A DNA stretch of 64,000 nt from Enoplolaimus lenunculus (taxonomy: Eukaryota), in the NCBI GenBank assembly GCA_030248215.1, contig JASANG010003765.1, positions 62,001 to 126,000 of the forward strand, in the 5' to 3' direction. Position numbers and translations under genes: made by a program. Position 1 is the first letter of the stretch. Each line of letters opens with the position of its first letter. Shown here piece after piece: positions 12,587 to 25,322 of this stretch. The notes beneath the pieces were generated by a model that saw only the letters and a program-made list of their open reading frames with translations, searched no databases and was not told the DNA's origin.

Positions 12587-12869
12587 CGCCTATCGAACTG
12601 CATTTTTCGTCGACTATATGTGTCGTCCGTTCACCACAATGTGCATTGCATTTATTGCATATGCACCAGGACAAGCATGTCTCAGATGCTTATTCACCCG
12701 ACCGTGCTGTTGTGACAAGGGGGTCATCCGACCGTGCAGTTCTGACATCAAAAACTTAATTGAATTCAAAGTATTCTATCGCGTAGCTATTGCAAAATTA
12801 GATTGAACATCTGTCCTGGGGATACCACTATTTGCTAGTTCGATCACTTACTGCTGGGCAACTACCTTG

Positions 12870-13510
12870 CGTTATATGTCGCCCCACTTTACACACATCA
12901 TGTTCATGCAAAATCCATACTAGTTGTGTTTAAAAAGTTTGTCATTTAAACATAGATAAATTCGGCAAAGACATGTCTATGCCTACTGTTGGTACATTAG
13001 AATAAGACAAATTACGACTTTAATCAAAACCAATTACGGTTCCTAGCTGTAAAATAGTTAATGTCTGTAAGTTTAATGATTTTGTGCATATGTCGCAGCC
13101 TAAGTCGTAATACAGCGCTAGTCGTAATTAAGCTCAATTCCGCATTGGGCGAATCCAAATCGGAATTACGATTTGGTTTAGCCCAAGGCTTAATTTTACA
13201 TACATCTTTTTGCAACCCTCATTTTAGCTATGTGTTTATACTTTGTCATTTAAAATTATATAAATTCGCCAACGACGTGTCATGTTTATTACTACGACAG
13301 AATAAGACAAATTACGACTTTAATCAAAACCAATCGCACTCCAGTATAAAATTAATGTAGTAACTAATCGCACAGCGTGCACTTTTAGCAGAGAAAGAAT
13401 TACGCCATGAGCTAGCTTAAGTCGTAATTCCGCGCTGGTCTAGCCCAATTCTTAATTGTTCTAAATTACAACTTGGGCGATACATCGCATTAAATTTTTG
13501 CATAAAACCT
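12870..13510. repeat. ~300-bp tandem duplication
   Basis: AGAATAAGACAAATTACGACTTTAATCAAAACCAAT at ~12999 and ~13299 with homologous flanks. Confidence 0.7.
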
Positions 13511-15741
13511 ATTAGAAGGCTGAGCCAAATCAACTTTAAGCAGGGCCAATAATACATATGAGACACGTCTTCGTCGTTGGTCATATTTGTCTTGTATGAA
13601 ATATTAATCTTGTATAACCATTGTAGTCATTCACGTTTATACGGTCTGCTCTATTCTGAAAAACTCACCCACCCACATGCGATACTTCGAGTTCGTATTC
13701 GCTGTGTGTGGAAAATAAATATCCAAAAGTTAAAAGCATTCAGTGCAAAACCATCAGACAAATAGCAGACCCTCAGAGCAGCGTTTCTCACATTATCGCA
13801 CACACATACTACTACTACTCTGTCAATACATTATACAAAGCACAGCAGTTTTGTCTTCTGATGGCAAAAGGGACTTCGCATAATGCTTAATACAGAGTTT
13901 CCCAACAGACTTTGCTACCGATTTACAGGGTCTGTCCGAAAGAGCAATTAATATAGTCAGGTGCAAACAATATCCATATTGACCGTACTCCCTCCGAAGA
14001 GACTACCGCCAAAGCGCACCAACTAAAGTGTACTCGCTGACTCGCTGCTAAGTCATATATCTTTTGCTTTGTGAAGCTATTATGTCAGTACACGTTACCA
14101 TTGCTTTGGATTGCACACAAAATGTCCAGTCGTTTGTTAAAAGCTCTATAGTGTCCATTAAACGTTAACTGGACAAGCTTAACCGTCCGCGGTAGCATGC
14201 ATAGCTAGTACTGTACGCCATATGATATCTAAAAACTGTGTCCGGACACCTAAATAAATGTCGTTCGGACGCAAATATAAGATATTTGACATATTCGAAA
14301 GGACAGAAATATGTTAGTAATGCATATTTTTTCCACTGTTCTTGTCGGGAAAATTCAATTTTTAAATTCAAATCTTGACAAAAATTCAAATTTTGGCGGG
14401 AAATTCAAATTACGGTGACAAACGTTTCGTGGTAAACGAAAACTATGCATGGACGCGGTAGCTAGCTAAAATTGTGTCCGCTCAGAGTTACTGCGATAAT
14501 CTATTGTGTTCACAGAAAAAATAAACAGGGGGAATAATTCGTGTGCAACCCAACCAACGGTAACGTTTGACTGACATTGCAGGTACGTGTGTGGTGGATT
14601 GGTAGAAAAAATCACATGCATAATTTTGGCTCGGAAAAGAGGAAAATTCAGACGTCTGAGTATTCCTTAGTAGGTAGAGAAAGCTAAAGCTGTATAAGGT
14701 TTGAAAACCAAGAAAAGTGAAAAAGATAAACGTATAGCGTTTTTTCTAGGTCTGGTAGGGAAGGAACTGTTTGTTAAATTTAAAAACGCATTTTAAACTG
14801 CGATTTGAACATTAAAATCTAATTAGTACTGCGATAAAAGATTTCTTATCAATTTCCTTCTTGACACAGTATTTCGATTTCAACTTAAAGGTCAGGTTAT
14901 ATAAACAAACAGGAAAGTTTAAATTAATTTTACTTGAATTCAAAACTATTGGTAAAATTTTAAACTTTGTTTAAAACTATATACTTCAATTTACCACTCA
15001 GCATTTTAAATCTTCTCAATTTCCAAATTATAAAACTGTCACCAGGTGTAGTGAGAAATTGCTTAATTTTCTCCACAAGGCGGGCGCAAGATACAGTAGA
15101 TGATGCATTAAGCTCGTGCTCTGTGAAGTCTACACTCCCGCCAAAAAATGGCTCGGTCGTCTAAGTAACATGGGTCGTTTATACATTAATATTATTCATC
15201 GCTTTAATACTGACTCAGTCTGTGAGTCAAGTTTGATCAAGGATTTTTATAGTATAGCTATTATACGATTGGGTTCATAAACAATACAGTGTTTTGATTT
15301 TATTTCGTAATTTCTGCGAATAATTTGAAAACTTTTCTACCAGCCGAGCATGTACTTTTGTCTGCCTATATGAGTCTTACCAATATCAATTTAAATGCCC
15401 TTGTATAGAACAGGGCCGGATCGTTTTCCTGTTCTGCTGTAATGGAGTCAGTTTAAGCTTTAGACTAATTTTTTGCTTAGGCTTAGGTTTAGGAATATAC
15501 AAATCCTTACGCTTAGACTTAGGCTTGGGCTTAGGAATACGCTTATACTACTGTTCCGGCCACAGAAATGACAATGCTACAAGCGGCAAATTATAAATTC
15601 GACGAATTTAGGTAAGAAAATTTAACATAGTGTCTTAGCCCATCGTTTTTAAGCCATATTTTTGCAGTTTCTGTTTTGAAGTTGCCCGCGTAACAGTAGA
15701 TACTTAATTTACACATCCATTATCTGTGATATATTACACAA

Positions 15742-16064
15742 TACTGTAGTGATTCGAGTAAGAGGAGGGCGTCATATAAGAGGGTCCCCATTTTGAGTCC
15801 CAATCAATAGGATCCCGTATCACTAAAGAGTCCGTTAGCGGATAGAGTTCATAAACCATAATCAGAGTCCATAAAAGTCAATTAGGTATCTCTAATTGTA
15901 GCGCATAAATGACTCCAGCACCAAACACAGTTAAGTTCGAAACTTTAAAGCGTTAAGGGCGGCGGATGGTGGTTAAAAATAAATAACAGTCCGTAACCGA
16001 ATAGCAGGGGGTACCCTCTGGAGAGGCCAAATCAGTCCCTCCTATTATTCGGGTCATTACAGTA
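15742..16064. mobile_element. Tc1/mariner-type MITE (TA-flanked CTGTA family)
   Basis: TACTGTAGTGATTCGAGTAA / TTATTCGGGTCATTACAGTA ends; inverted homologue of 27610-28064. Confidence 0.75.
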
Positions 16065-17401
16065 CGGTCCTTAACACCATACGGCATGCATATACTAACA
16101 GGCTTCCGGTTTAAAGTTTCTTTCCGTACACACTATCAGGAGATACGCAAATAAACCAATGTATGCAACCGGTATGGTTTGCTATAGTCGGTTAACACGT
16201 TAATATATTCATCTTGTTAGACTATAATACGGTGTCTTGCATAGACTCTTACATGGGATTTTTTTGTTGAAATGATAAATCTGAAGGTTTTACTTATTTT
16301 TGTGAAATAATTTCGGTATGTTAGCGTAATGAACATTCATATGCTTGATTAAATTTGTTAAAATATTTTTTCATTTCGTCTGAGCTTCAATTTTAGCCTA
16401 AAATTAACACAAGATCTCTTGTATGGAGGCATTTAACCATCAGTGCTCGTATGTACGAACTTGATAAGTACTCAATCTCAAAAAAGCACTGCATGTGAGG
16501 GTGCTTTGCAATTTTTGGAGTACATTGCGTAAACGTTATATATACACTCAATAGGATATCGGAAAGCTTTTAACGTATACAGGCATAACTTTTAAAACTT
16601 TAGATTTAACATCCAATTAATACTTTTGGTTTCCGTCCTAAAAACACGCGCAAGTAAGTTTTTCTCATTCATAACTTTCCTCTGCATGACCGAATACATC
16701 TTCAAAATAATACGCTTCTATTCCATCCAGCCCATGAATTATAGTAGGTAGGAGTGTTGTTTTACATTATAGCCACACCGTGATATGCGGGAAGCGGGCA
16801 TTTGCAAAATCTCCAAACAAACTGCCTTCAGAACTCATTTAACTTGGTAGTTCACAATATTTTAGGCTTTAAAAGAAACTTTTTTTAACTTTAACTTTTT
16901 ACGAAAACTTATTAAAATATAACATAACGGGTACTTTTGTATTTCCGCACACATTGCACAAATGCCGGTGGAAACATTTTCAGTAATAACCGAACTTTTT
17001 GGACCAATTTTGTGCTTTGTTCCTCAGGTGGCCGCTGCTTCCCTGGACGCCCGCGTTTTGAAAGAACACTAAGCAGGATGGGCGGCTATCACCCTCAAGC
17101 TCCCCACAATGGAAAATTATTCGCTATTAAGACAACTAAAATCGTAATTAAATACTTTTAGAGAGTTGGGGTAGAAGAAGCATGACCTCTTAGCGTGGGG
17201 GGGGGCTTGCCTAGTGTTCTATCCAATTACGAGAGTTCAGGGTTGCAGCAGTCCTTGCGAATGGGCTACTTGTTATATACTTCAGGTATTCAGTTTCTCA
17301 AATTGTGGGGGTGGCGCTATTCCACTGTGGAGGGAATCACAAAAGTCACATACAAATGTACTGCTGAACGTTAATGCACACTAAAATACAATAAAAACAC
17401 G

Positions 17402-20400
17402 TTAATAGCCTGGAGCAGTTCTCGGCTTGGGGCAATGATTACACGAACCATTTTCTGCGTTGGAACCATTTTTACCAGGCGGACCATCGCGACCTGGTTT
17501 GCCTGGTGTTCCGTCGCGTCCGCGGTCACCAGGCCTCGTTGGGCCAGGCTTGCCTGGGCGGCCGTCCGCACCTGGTTTGCCATCGTAACCGGCTTGTCCT
17601 GGACGACCTGGTTCACCTGGTGGTCCAGGGTAGCCTTCCTTAATAAAAATTCCACCCGGTGGACCTGGTTTTCCCTTTTTGCCTGCAGCCCCTGGATGTC
17701 CCGGTCGACCATCGTAGCCTGGTTTTCCTGGATCACCAATAAGTATGTGGTCATATCCGCGTGCTGGAATACCGGGTTTGCCTAAAATTTCGCAGAAATA
17801 TTTAAGTTTCAAGCCAAAATGGTTGTATGGTAAAGTCACAATCGAGAATGTCAGAGGTTGTGATCAACGTGCAAACGGAAATCTTATTCCGGTTAAAATT
17901 TCGATTCATTCTCATCCGATTTCAATTGCAGGTATAGTCGGAATTAGAGTATTTTCATTTTTACGATCGAAAACAAATATATTGCAATAGCGCATACAAA
18001 TTATACATCACACAAACTCCCTTTAGAAAATAGTATGGGTCTTGAAACTTCTAGTTCCGATACCGAAATAAACTTCCGTTGCTGAATGCAATTCCGATTC
18101 CGATTTAATTCAGTTTCGTTTGCCGCCGTGATTGTAATCTATGTAACCGCTCATCAGGGGCGTATTAAAAATTTCATTTCGGGAGGTAATTATTTTGATT
18201 GCGAACGAGAAAAATTTTTTACCTCTGCAGGTTATTCTACAGCCTGTAAAACTGCATTTTTGATGTTTTTCTACGAATTTCCCACTATCAACGACCCTAC
18301 CGCTTAGGTATAAACTGGGTCAGAACAAATTGTGCTTATATTTTAACTAGAGCTTTAGATTAACATTTCGTGTTATTCGAGTCACTAAAGTACTGTATTT
18401 TGAACAATACAAACTTACATTCACGTACCGTGCAAAGAAAACATGGCTTTCAGGGTAGACCATTAATTGACATTACCGTGACAACTTTTCATAAGCCATG
18501 ACTGCAGGGGAGAGCAATATTTGCGCGGCACCTCTATAAACATCTTCATGCCCTCGATTTATACATTTTTTGGCCCTAAACCGATTCTGTATGTTAGCAA
18601 AATTTTCTTTATCCCCCGGAACAAATTTTGGTCATCTCAATAAACGGTTTAATTAGTTGAGCTAGTTTTTTTAAGAAATCGCGTTTTTGAGAGTTAGCGG
18701 CTTTGTCGGAATTTCTCCGGATACCAAAATATGCCGGAGCCGGATACTTAATTCAAAGCTAATATTAGATGGGATTCAAATATCAGAGCGTAGCTAACAA
18801 TTCTTCCTTCCTGTGGCCTAAGTTATCCAAAGGGTTTACGTGACAAAGCTTAACGTGTCACGCAGGTGCATTTTTAACACTAACAACGGCCCTGTTCCAT
18901 TATTCTATGTTTATGTAACGCTGTGTTCGGTTGTAATACGTGTTTGTTTGGCCCATGTTACTTTTAAGGTCCTCTAGTTTTCCTTAGGTACTATATAATA
19001 GAGGTGGTTAGGATCAGAAGTGGGAGTCTCGGTTTCCTCAAATCTCGGTATTCGGCAGGTCTCGGTTTTTTGAGTCTCGGTTCTGTGGATTGTAACCGAG
19101 ACCAGATGTCCGGGATTGAGCAAATGCCGGGAAACCTGTAAAAACGTAGAAGTTTGTTGAAGTAAGTGATGTCTGATGAATAAAATTTCGCTGTGAATAT
19201 ATGAATTTTCACAGTTATGCCACAACTATTAGCAGATATTCTGAAAACACACAAAAAACCATGAAAAACACAAAAAGAAAACTACGATTTATTTTCGGTG
19301 ATGACCAAAAATTGACCGAGACCGCTCATCTTTGGCTAGGATGAAGGCTGTTATTAATGCTAAGGCTTAGGCTTTGTTATAGATTTATTATTATACTAAA
19401 GTTTAAACTTAGTTTTAGGAATAAGAAATATGCTGAATATACTGTTACTCCCCTAAAATCACGCTGGTCACCTTTATCAGGGTTTCTAGCGTTATTGTAA
19501 CCCAAAAAGATAGTGAGCGTGCACGGGTACATGCAAACATTTACATTACATATATGAAGAAAAAATATGTAAAAGTAAGCAAATCGATTCCGCTTTAGAT
19601 GGCATAAATACAAATATTATTTATAATTTTTTTAAGTTTTTAAAACGGTATCCGGCAGGTTAAAATACCGGAGCCGATGGCGGATGTCGGTTTTTTGCCG
19701 GAGCCATATATCGCTTAGATTTGGAGGTGGACCATTAAACATGTTTGGTCGGATCTATGAACGCTGCTTCCAGATTTGTCCATCACGGGTGTTTACGAGT
19801 ACTGTTGTATCATTTTCTCTCTAACATTGACCAGTGTAAAGAACAGGGACGAAACAGTATTATAAGCATATTTCTAAGCCTAAGCCTAAGCATAAATTTT
19901 ACCCTAAGCGTAAGAATGAGCATATTCCTAAGCCTAAGCCTAAGCATAAACCTTAGCCTAAGCGTAAGAATGAGCATATTCCTAAGCCTAAGCCTAAGCC
20001 TATTAAGCCTAAGCCAAGCAAAAAACTTAATCTAAAGCTTAAGCTTATTCTATTGCAGTCCCACAGAAAAACGTTCCGCCCCTAGTCCTTATATGGGTCC
20101 TAACATTTAAGGTTAGTAATAATGTAGAGTCGAACCCTGTACACTTTGTTTTGAATTATGGGCAAACAAAACTGTTACACTATGAAAATAATGCGTTTAT
20201 ATGGGTTGCACTGTCTACTTGATTGCAGCGAAGAAAATGTATTCCATTGTATAAATTCTACTTTCATAAATTCGCTTTAATATTAATATGACGTAAAATA
20301 GTTTATACCTACCTGGTAAACCCGGATGTCCTTTGTGTCCGTATTTTCCAGGAGGTCCATGCGGTGCTTGCTTACAGTACGGTACACATACCGGATACTG

Positions 20401-23054
20401 AAATTCGTGAATGACTCCGTACTCATCAACTTGTCGAGCATCGTGTCCAGGCGGTCCATCGTATCCCGGTTTGCCGTCTTTTCCGTTTCGACCATCTTTA
20501 CCTGGGTACCCTGGAGGTCCTGGCGGGCCTTGATAACAACTTTGACAGCCTAAAGTTTTCAATTGTGAATCGACAATTATTTATCACACCTCTTTGATCA
20601 ATACAGAATGTTGAATTAATTTTGTATCATTCAAACTGATGAACTCCTGCAGTTGACGACATTAAAGTTGGCACAGAGGCAGCACAAATCAAATGCACAA
20701 AATATGCTAAATTTTAAGCATCAGCATTCAGTGATTTGAAAGCTACAACACCTATCACCAACTGGTGACGGTGCTACAGATGTATAAGAAAACGAACCAT
20801 AATTTAGGCATAGACGGCTGAGTTTCACGCCTGTGGTTTGAACATTTCAGTTTGAAGACGTTTCAACAATAGGAAGGAAGCTTCGCAGTTGGCTTGCAAA
20901 GTTTTGTTATCTAAATTTCACTAATGCTAAATTTTCGTTTTTCGCTAATTTTTTAGCAGCGAAATCAAAAGGGCCGTCCAGAAATTATCATATAATGGCA
21001 CTCAGATTACGAATCGTAAAATAAACCCTGCACATCCTGGCGTTTTATCAGACAGTTCTCATTAAAATAATTTTAAATTTAAGTTATTGACGCAATATCA
21101 AAGAATCAAAGTATATATGACCCTGGATAACCATTATAATTTTTAGACTCATGCGTTGAAAGTTGTCCCGTTAGGTTTTTTCTGCGGTTATGCTCAAGTA
21201 GTTTATTGTAAACACTTACAACTGTAATAATAGGTCAAAGTAGGTTCGTCTTCTCCGTATAACGACGGCGGGGGGTGAACAGGTTCCAGTATATCACCAA
21301 CACCGTCAATAAATGGCCGATGAAGTTCATGTGGCGGATGTGGTAGGCCAGATAAACCAGACGAAATAGTTTTCTTGTGTATATACGACGTTCGATGATG
21401 GACCGGGCCGTCAAGTTGTTCGCCATAAAATGAATCTCTATCCAGTAGTTGATTTTCAATTCGCGACCTTTCATGTAACGATGGTAACGCTCCAAATTCC
21501 GACCCACGATAGTAACCAGGATGCCTAGCTAAGTGATCGACAAAATTTCCAGAGGAAACTTTATTTCCGGCATCATCAGTGTTGTGAAAGGCTCTGTTGC
21601 GACTGATTTGTTGATCTGAATCCGGTTCGGCATTGATCAATCGTTGATGAAATTTATTCAAAGCTAATTGGCGTTTCTTGCGTAGTTTTAAATGCAACAG
21701 CGGGCCAGATTGTGGCGAATTCAAACGCCGCGTCGCAATTCCGTCAACTTCTCGCCAAAGATTGTGTGTTCGAGCCTAAAATGTATAGTGCAAAAGTAAA
21801 AAATATACAACAAATAAGCATTTACAGTTAATGCAAATGCAAAAGTTGACAACCACAGTTATTACAAAATTGACTTTAGAAAATAACTTTGGCAGACTCG
21901 AAATATTGCGAAGAATTCACATTTAAACAAACCGTTATGTGTCAAGTGTTGAGACGCAAAGTGCATATTAAATGAAATATATCATTTTAGGTTTTGAGTT
22001 CTGCCACTGGTTACATTCAGTGCACAAAAAAACTTTTTTTTTGCTGAAGAATTTTGAATCTGATTCTGGAAAGAAACTTGCGTGCAATGGGTTGAGATTT
22101 TGGCTTCGCAAGTTTAAGAGTAAAACTAAAACTAAAAAGCGGCTTCACTGTTTTACACTAGCCAAAATGCAACTCCATAAAAACTTGCGTACGCTATTAC
22201 ATGATACAAATTTCACAAATCGTCATACTAATATCATCCAGACGTCGTGATTTGTTTTTTATGATTGGTACATGACAGGCAGCTGTGAAAACTGACATAA
22301 TGGCCGCGGTCGTTGTAGAGGTAAATCCGGGTAAGAATTTTCTGCTCAACTCATACTTTGCCAGCGCGAATAAACACTTTCTGGCTACGGGTATAACCAC
22401 CGGGTTAAAAAATTTGCGCGGGTGGAGTCTTATGTGCCGTTCATAATACAATTTTAAAGTCTGTCACAGAGTGTGTCATAAGGTAGGGTTAACACAGCAA
22501 TTTGCAGCGAACGGATTCATGCCCTGTATTTTAAAAAGGGCCCATGTTACTTTAAGGGGCGTCCAGGTTTCTGGTGGGTCCATAAAACATTAAGTTTTGA
22601 TTCTAGATTGCATATTTTTGCTTAGGCTTAGGTTTAGGCTTTGGAACACATTTTTGCTACGCTTAGGCTTAGGCTTAGGTTTAGGAATAAGCTTAATCTA
22701 CTGTTACTCCCCTTAAAGCAACATTGGCCTCAAAAAGCCACAGCTAAAGTAATTTTAACCGAAATATTAGAATACCTGGCAAAACGCAGATTGATCGTGG
22801 ACCATTGAATTGACTTGCAAGAAATGTGCGTATAACGCACTGATGCATACTGGACACATAAATCCAACGGCGAAACTGACAAAAACACAAATAATTGCAA
22901 ATTTTTGCATAAATTTAACGTCGATTTCGGTTACTGTATTAGCTTCATCGCGTTTTGAAGCCGAGATGTCATGTGCTTTGTGTTGGTCGACGGTCTTACT
23001 GTCAATGCCAAAGCGTTCATATCCCGTTACACCGGTTATACTGGATACAGTCAT
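17402..23054 (-). CDS. Nematode cuticle collagen (483 aa, 4 exons)
   Basis: Exons 23054-22776, 21775-21220, 20549-20313, 17781-17402, all GT-AG and in phase (1452 nt). N-terminal hydrophobic segment then FCQARTHNLWRE (cuticle collagen N-domain pattern), RKKR furin site, SCCQSC before Gly-X-Y blocks, C-terminal CNHCPKPRTAPGY. Confidence 0.93.
19829..20099. mobile_element. MITE carrying (GCCTAA)n telomeric-type repeats
   Basis: Degenerate GGCCAATGTATAGAACAGGG-type termini; internal CTAAGC arrays in about three sub-repeats; homologous to copies near 15400, 31480, 40495, 51875 and 53439. Confidence 0.75.
22539..22729. mobile_element. MITE carrying (TTAGGC)n, GGCCCATGTTAC subfamily
   Basis: TIR GGCCCATGTTACTTTAAGGGG / CCCCTTAAAGCAACATTGGCC (19/21); internal TTAGGC runs; sister copy at 56705-56905. 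Confidence 0.8.
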
Positions 23055-24329
23055 GGTATAATACTGCTGAACAAGGTTTGATATATTTAAAACCCGGCAG
23101 CATATATTAAAGGCTGTAATGCACAAATGCGAGACGTACCGAACAAAATACAGTACCCTGATTGACACTGGCGGATTCAAGGGGAACGCAGGCCATGGCC
23201 CGTTATAGAGATCAAACTCAAAATTTTGGCATTACAATTTAGTACTTAAATTACGTTTGGCCACAGAGACGGGATGTACTGTAGAATGAACACGCAGTGT
23301 ACTTCTTCGGGACATTACCTTAGGCGTTCATTAATATTTTACGAAAGATTTAAAACTTGTGTGATGATACGATTTTAGTTTGGTGAATTTTACCTGCAAA
23401 GCATAACAGCTTCACAACAAGAGCTTTTTTAATTTAGTTGATTTGTTTAAGTTCCCGAACAAAACTTTGCGCTAAGATCCGAAGAAGCCTTAGTGCCGTA
23501 GTCCGCCTCTGGATGTAGAGAGTACCTCCCAGCATAAAATTGTGTTGGACAGGGTCGCGAAATATTCGATTAGCCACTGTTTTAAGCAGCAACTATGTAC
23601 ATCAAACATTTTTGTTGACATTCATTATATATTGGCATATTCTTAAACGCAAAATATCAGCAATAACCAATGAAAAATGTAGATTACTAAAATGAATTAA
23701 CGATTTTATAAAATCCCAACTTGGATTGGATAAATACATACTTACACTGGCATTGTATGAACATTTTATTATATTAATACCTGGTGGTGATTACAGCGAG
23801 ATTATTTTGCACAATTGTTAATAAGAACACGTTACACTCGTTTGACTGGAGACAGAAACGTGAATGTCCGTGGAAGAAATATAATTTAAAATTAAAAAAT
23901 GCTGCTGAGTATAAGAAAAGCGAAAAAACACAATACAGGTGCATGCCGCCCAAGATTTCCAACAAAATAGAAGCATGACAAACAATGGTTTGGGCGGCAT
24001 CCATACCATTCGTACAAACGCCAGTATAAACGTTTCAAAATTGCGTACGATAAACGTTTCGTCTGCGATTTAAAAACAAAAAATTTTCATTTAATGCTGA
24101 ATCAGTGTTCGACATTTTTCTATCTCAAGTGTTGTTTGAGTGCAAAAATTTTGTGTAAACTTTAAAAAGCATAATGGTACGGTGCCACAAGAACTATTAC
24201 ACACTACTTTGACGTGCATGTGCGAGTGAACTGCAAGTGAACACGGTAGTAGGTGCAACAAAGACAGGTCAATATTTGAAAAATATGCATGCTGTTGTGT
24301 TTCATGTTTGAAATACAAATAAGTGTATT

Positions 24330-24720
24330 TATATACTTCCTTTAGTTTAGAGCCTGGTGAAACCGCACGTTCCGCGCGACCCCTGCTCGATGATTTGCTC
24401 AATGTTAAGGACCACGTCGGAATTTCGAACCTCGGCCATCTCGTGCTCGAGTCAAGCATGCGACCACTGCACCATGTGGCCGATTGCAACAATTTCATAT
24501 TCCGGTATATGTGCATATGTATGGCCGTCTTTTAACTTTACACACACTTTACCACATATACCGCCGTTGTTTTTATAGGCGGTAGTCCCGGACCCCGAAT
24601 CCAACTCTCCGAATCTATGGGATTGCTGTTAGCAGCAGGGTGCGACCGCATACTTTTTAAGCAAAATTTTCCATCGTCCAAATCCCAACGTTCTGTTTTA
24701 TGGTGCATAGCTTGCAGCTG
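24330..24720 (-). repeat. Dispersed inverted copy of the tRNA-like repeat unit
   Basis: Minus strand GGCCACATGGTGCAGTGG...GAGGTTCGAAATTCCGACGTGGTCC (~24410-24482) with both flanks homologous to 12120-12360. Confidence 0.6.
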
Positions 24721-24955
24721 CAATAATTTTGCTTGATTCGGCGCCGATATAAAACTGTACGCAGCTCTTTAGCATACAGTTATTGTGGACGGTGGTCCCG
24801 TTCAAGCTGTGACTCCATGCTTAAAGACTGCAATAGTTATTCTAGTTTATTAGAAGTTTTGTAACTAGCTTTTGATTGCGCTGATAAAATTCCTCGTTCA
24901 ACGCCGTGGGAAACTAATACGAATCTCGTTTCTGAGCCTCGTTATCATTTGCAGC

Positions 24956-25322
24956 TAGGGTGCAAACGGATAGCAAAAGTAACGGAAACGAAAAACGGGT
25001 ATTGATGTATGCAAAAGTTTCTAAAATATTATATTTTTCTGCGAACGCAATTGAGGCATCCAAATATTCAGTGGGATTTGTCAAATTTTAAAGAAAAAAT
25101 ATCGGATACATTGAAATTTTTAAGATTTCCGATGACTTTTGTAATTTTGTTTTATATTGAACAAATGTATCATATTAGCAATGAAAAGTTGAGAAATATA
25201 TACGTGAATTATGACCAATGTTGAGCATTAAAAATTACAGAATTTCCAGTAATCCAATAACGGAAACGGACACCGATTTATGTCGGAAACGAAAACGAAA
25301 ACGTATATCCGGTTACACCCAG
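24956..25322. mobile_element. hAT-type MITE
   Basis: Ends TAGGGTGCAAACGGA / TCCGGTTACACCCAG; perfect 8-bp TSD TTTGCAGC at 24948-24955 and 25323-25330. Confidence 0.85.

Noticed and set aside
11706..12759. ORFs of 204, 109 and 127 aa
   Set aside because: They overlap the tRNA-like repeat cassette and show no protein-like features.
19844..20040. True telomere or chromosome-fusion scar
   Set aside because: The repeats are short, degenerate and enclosed in TIR-bounded dispersed elements.
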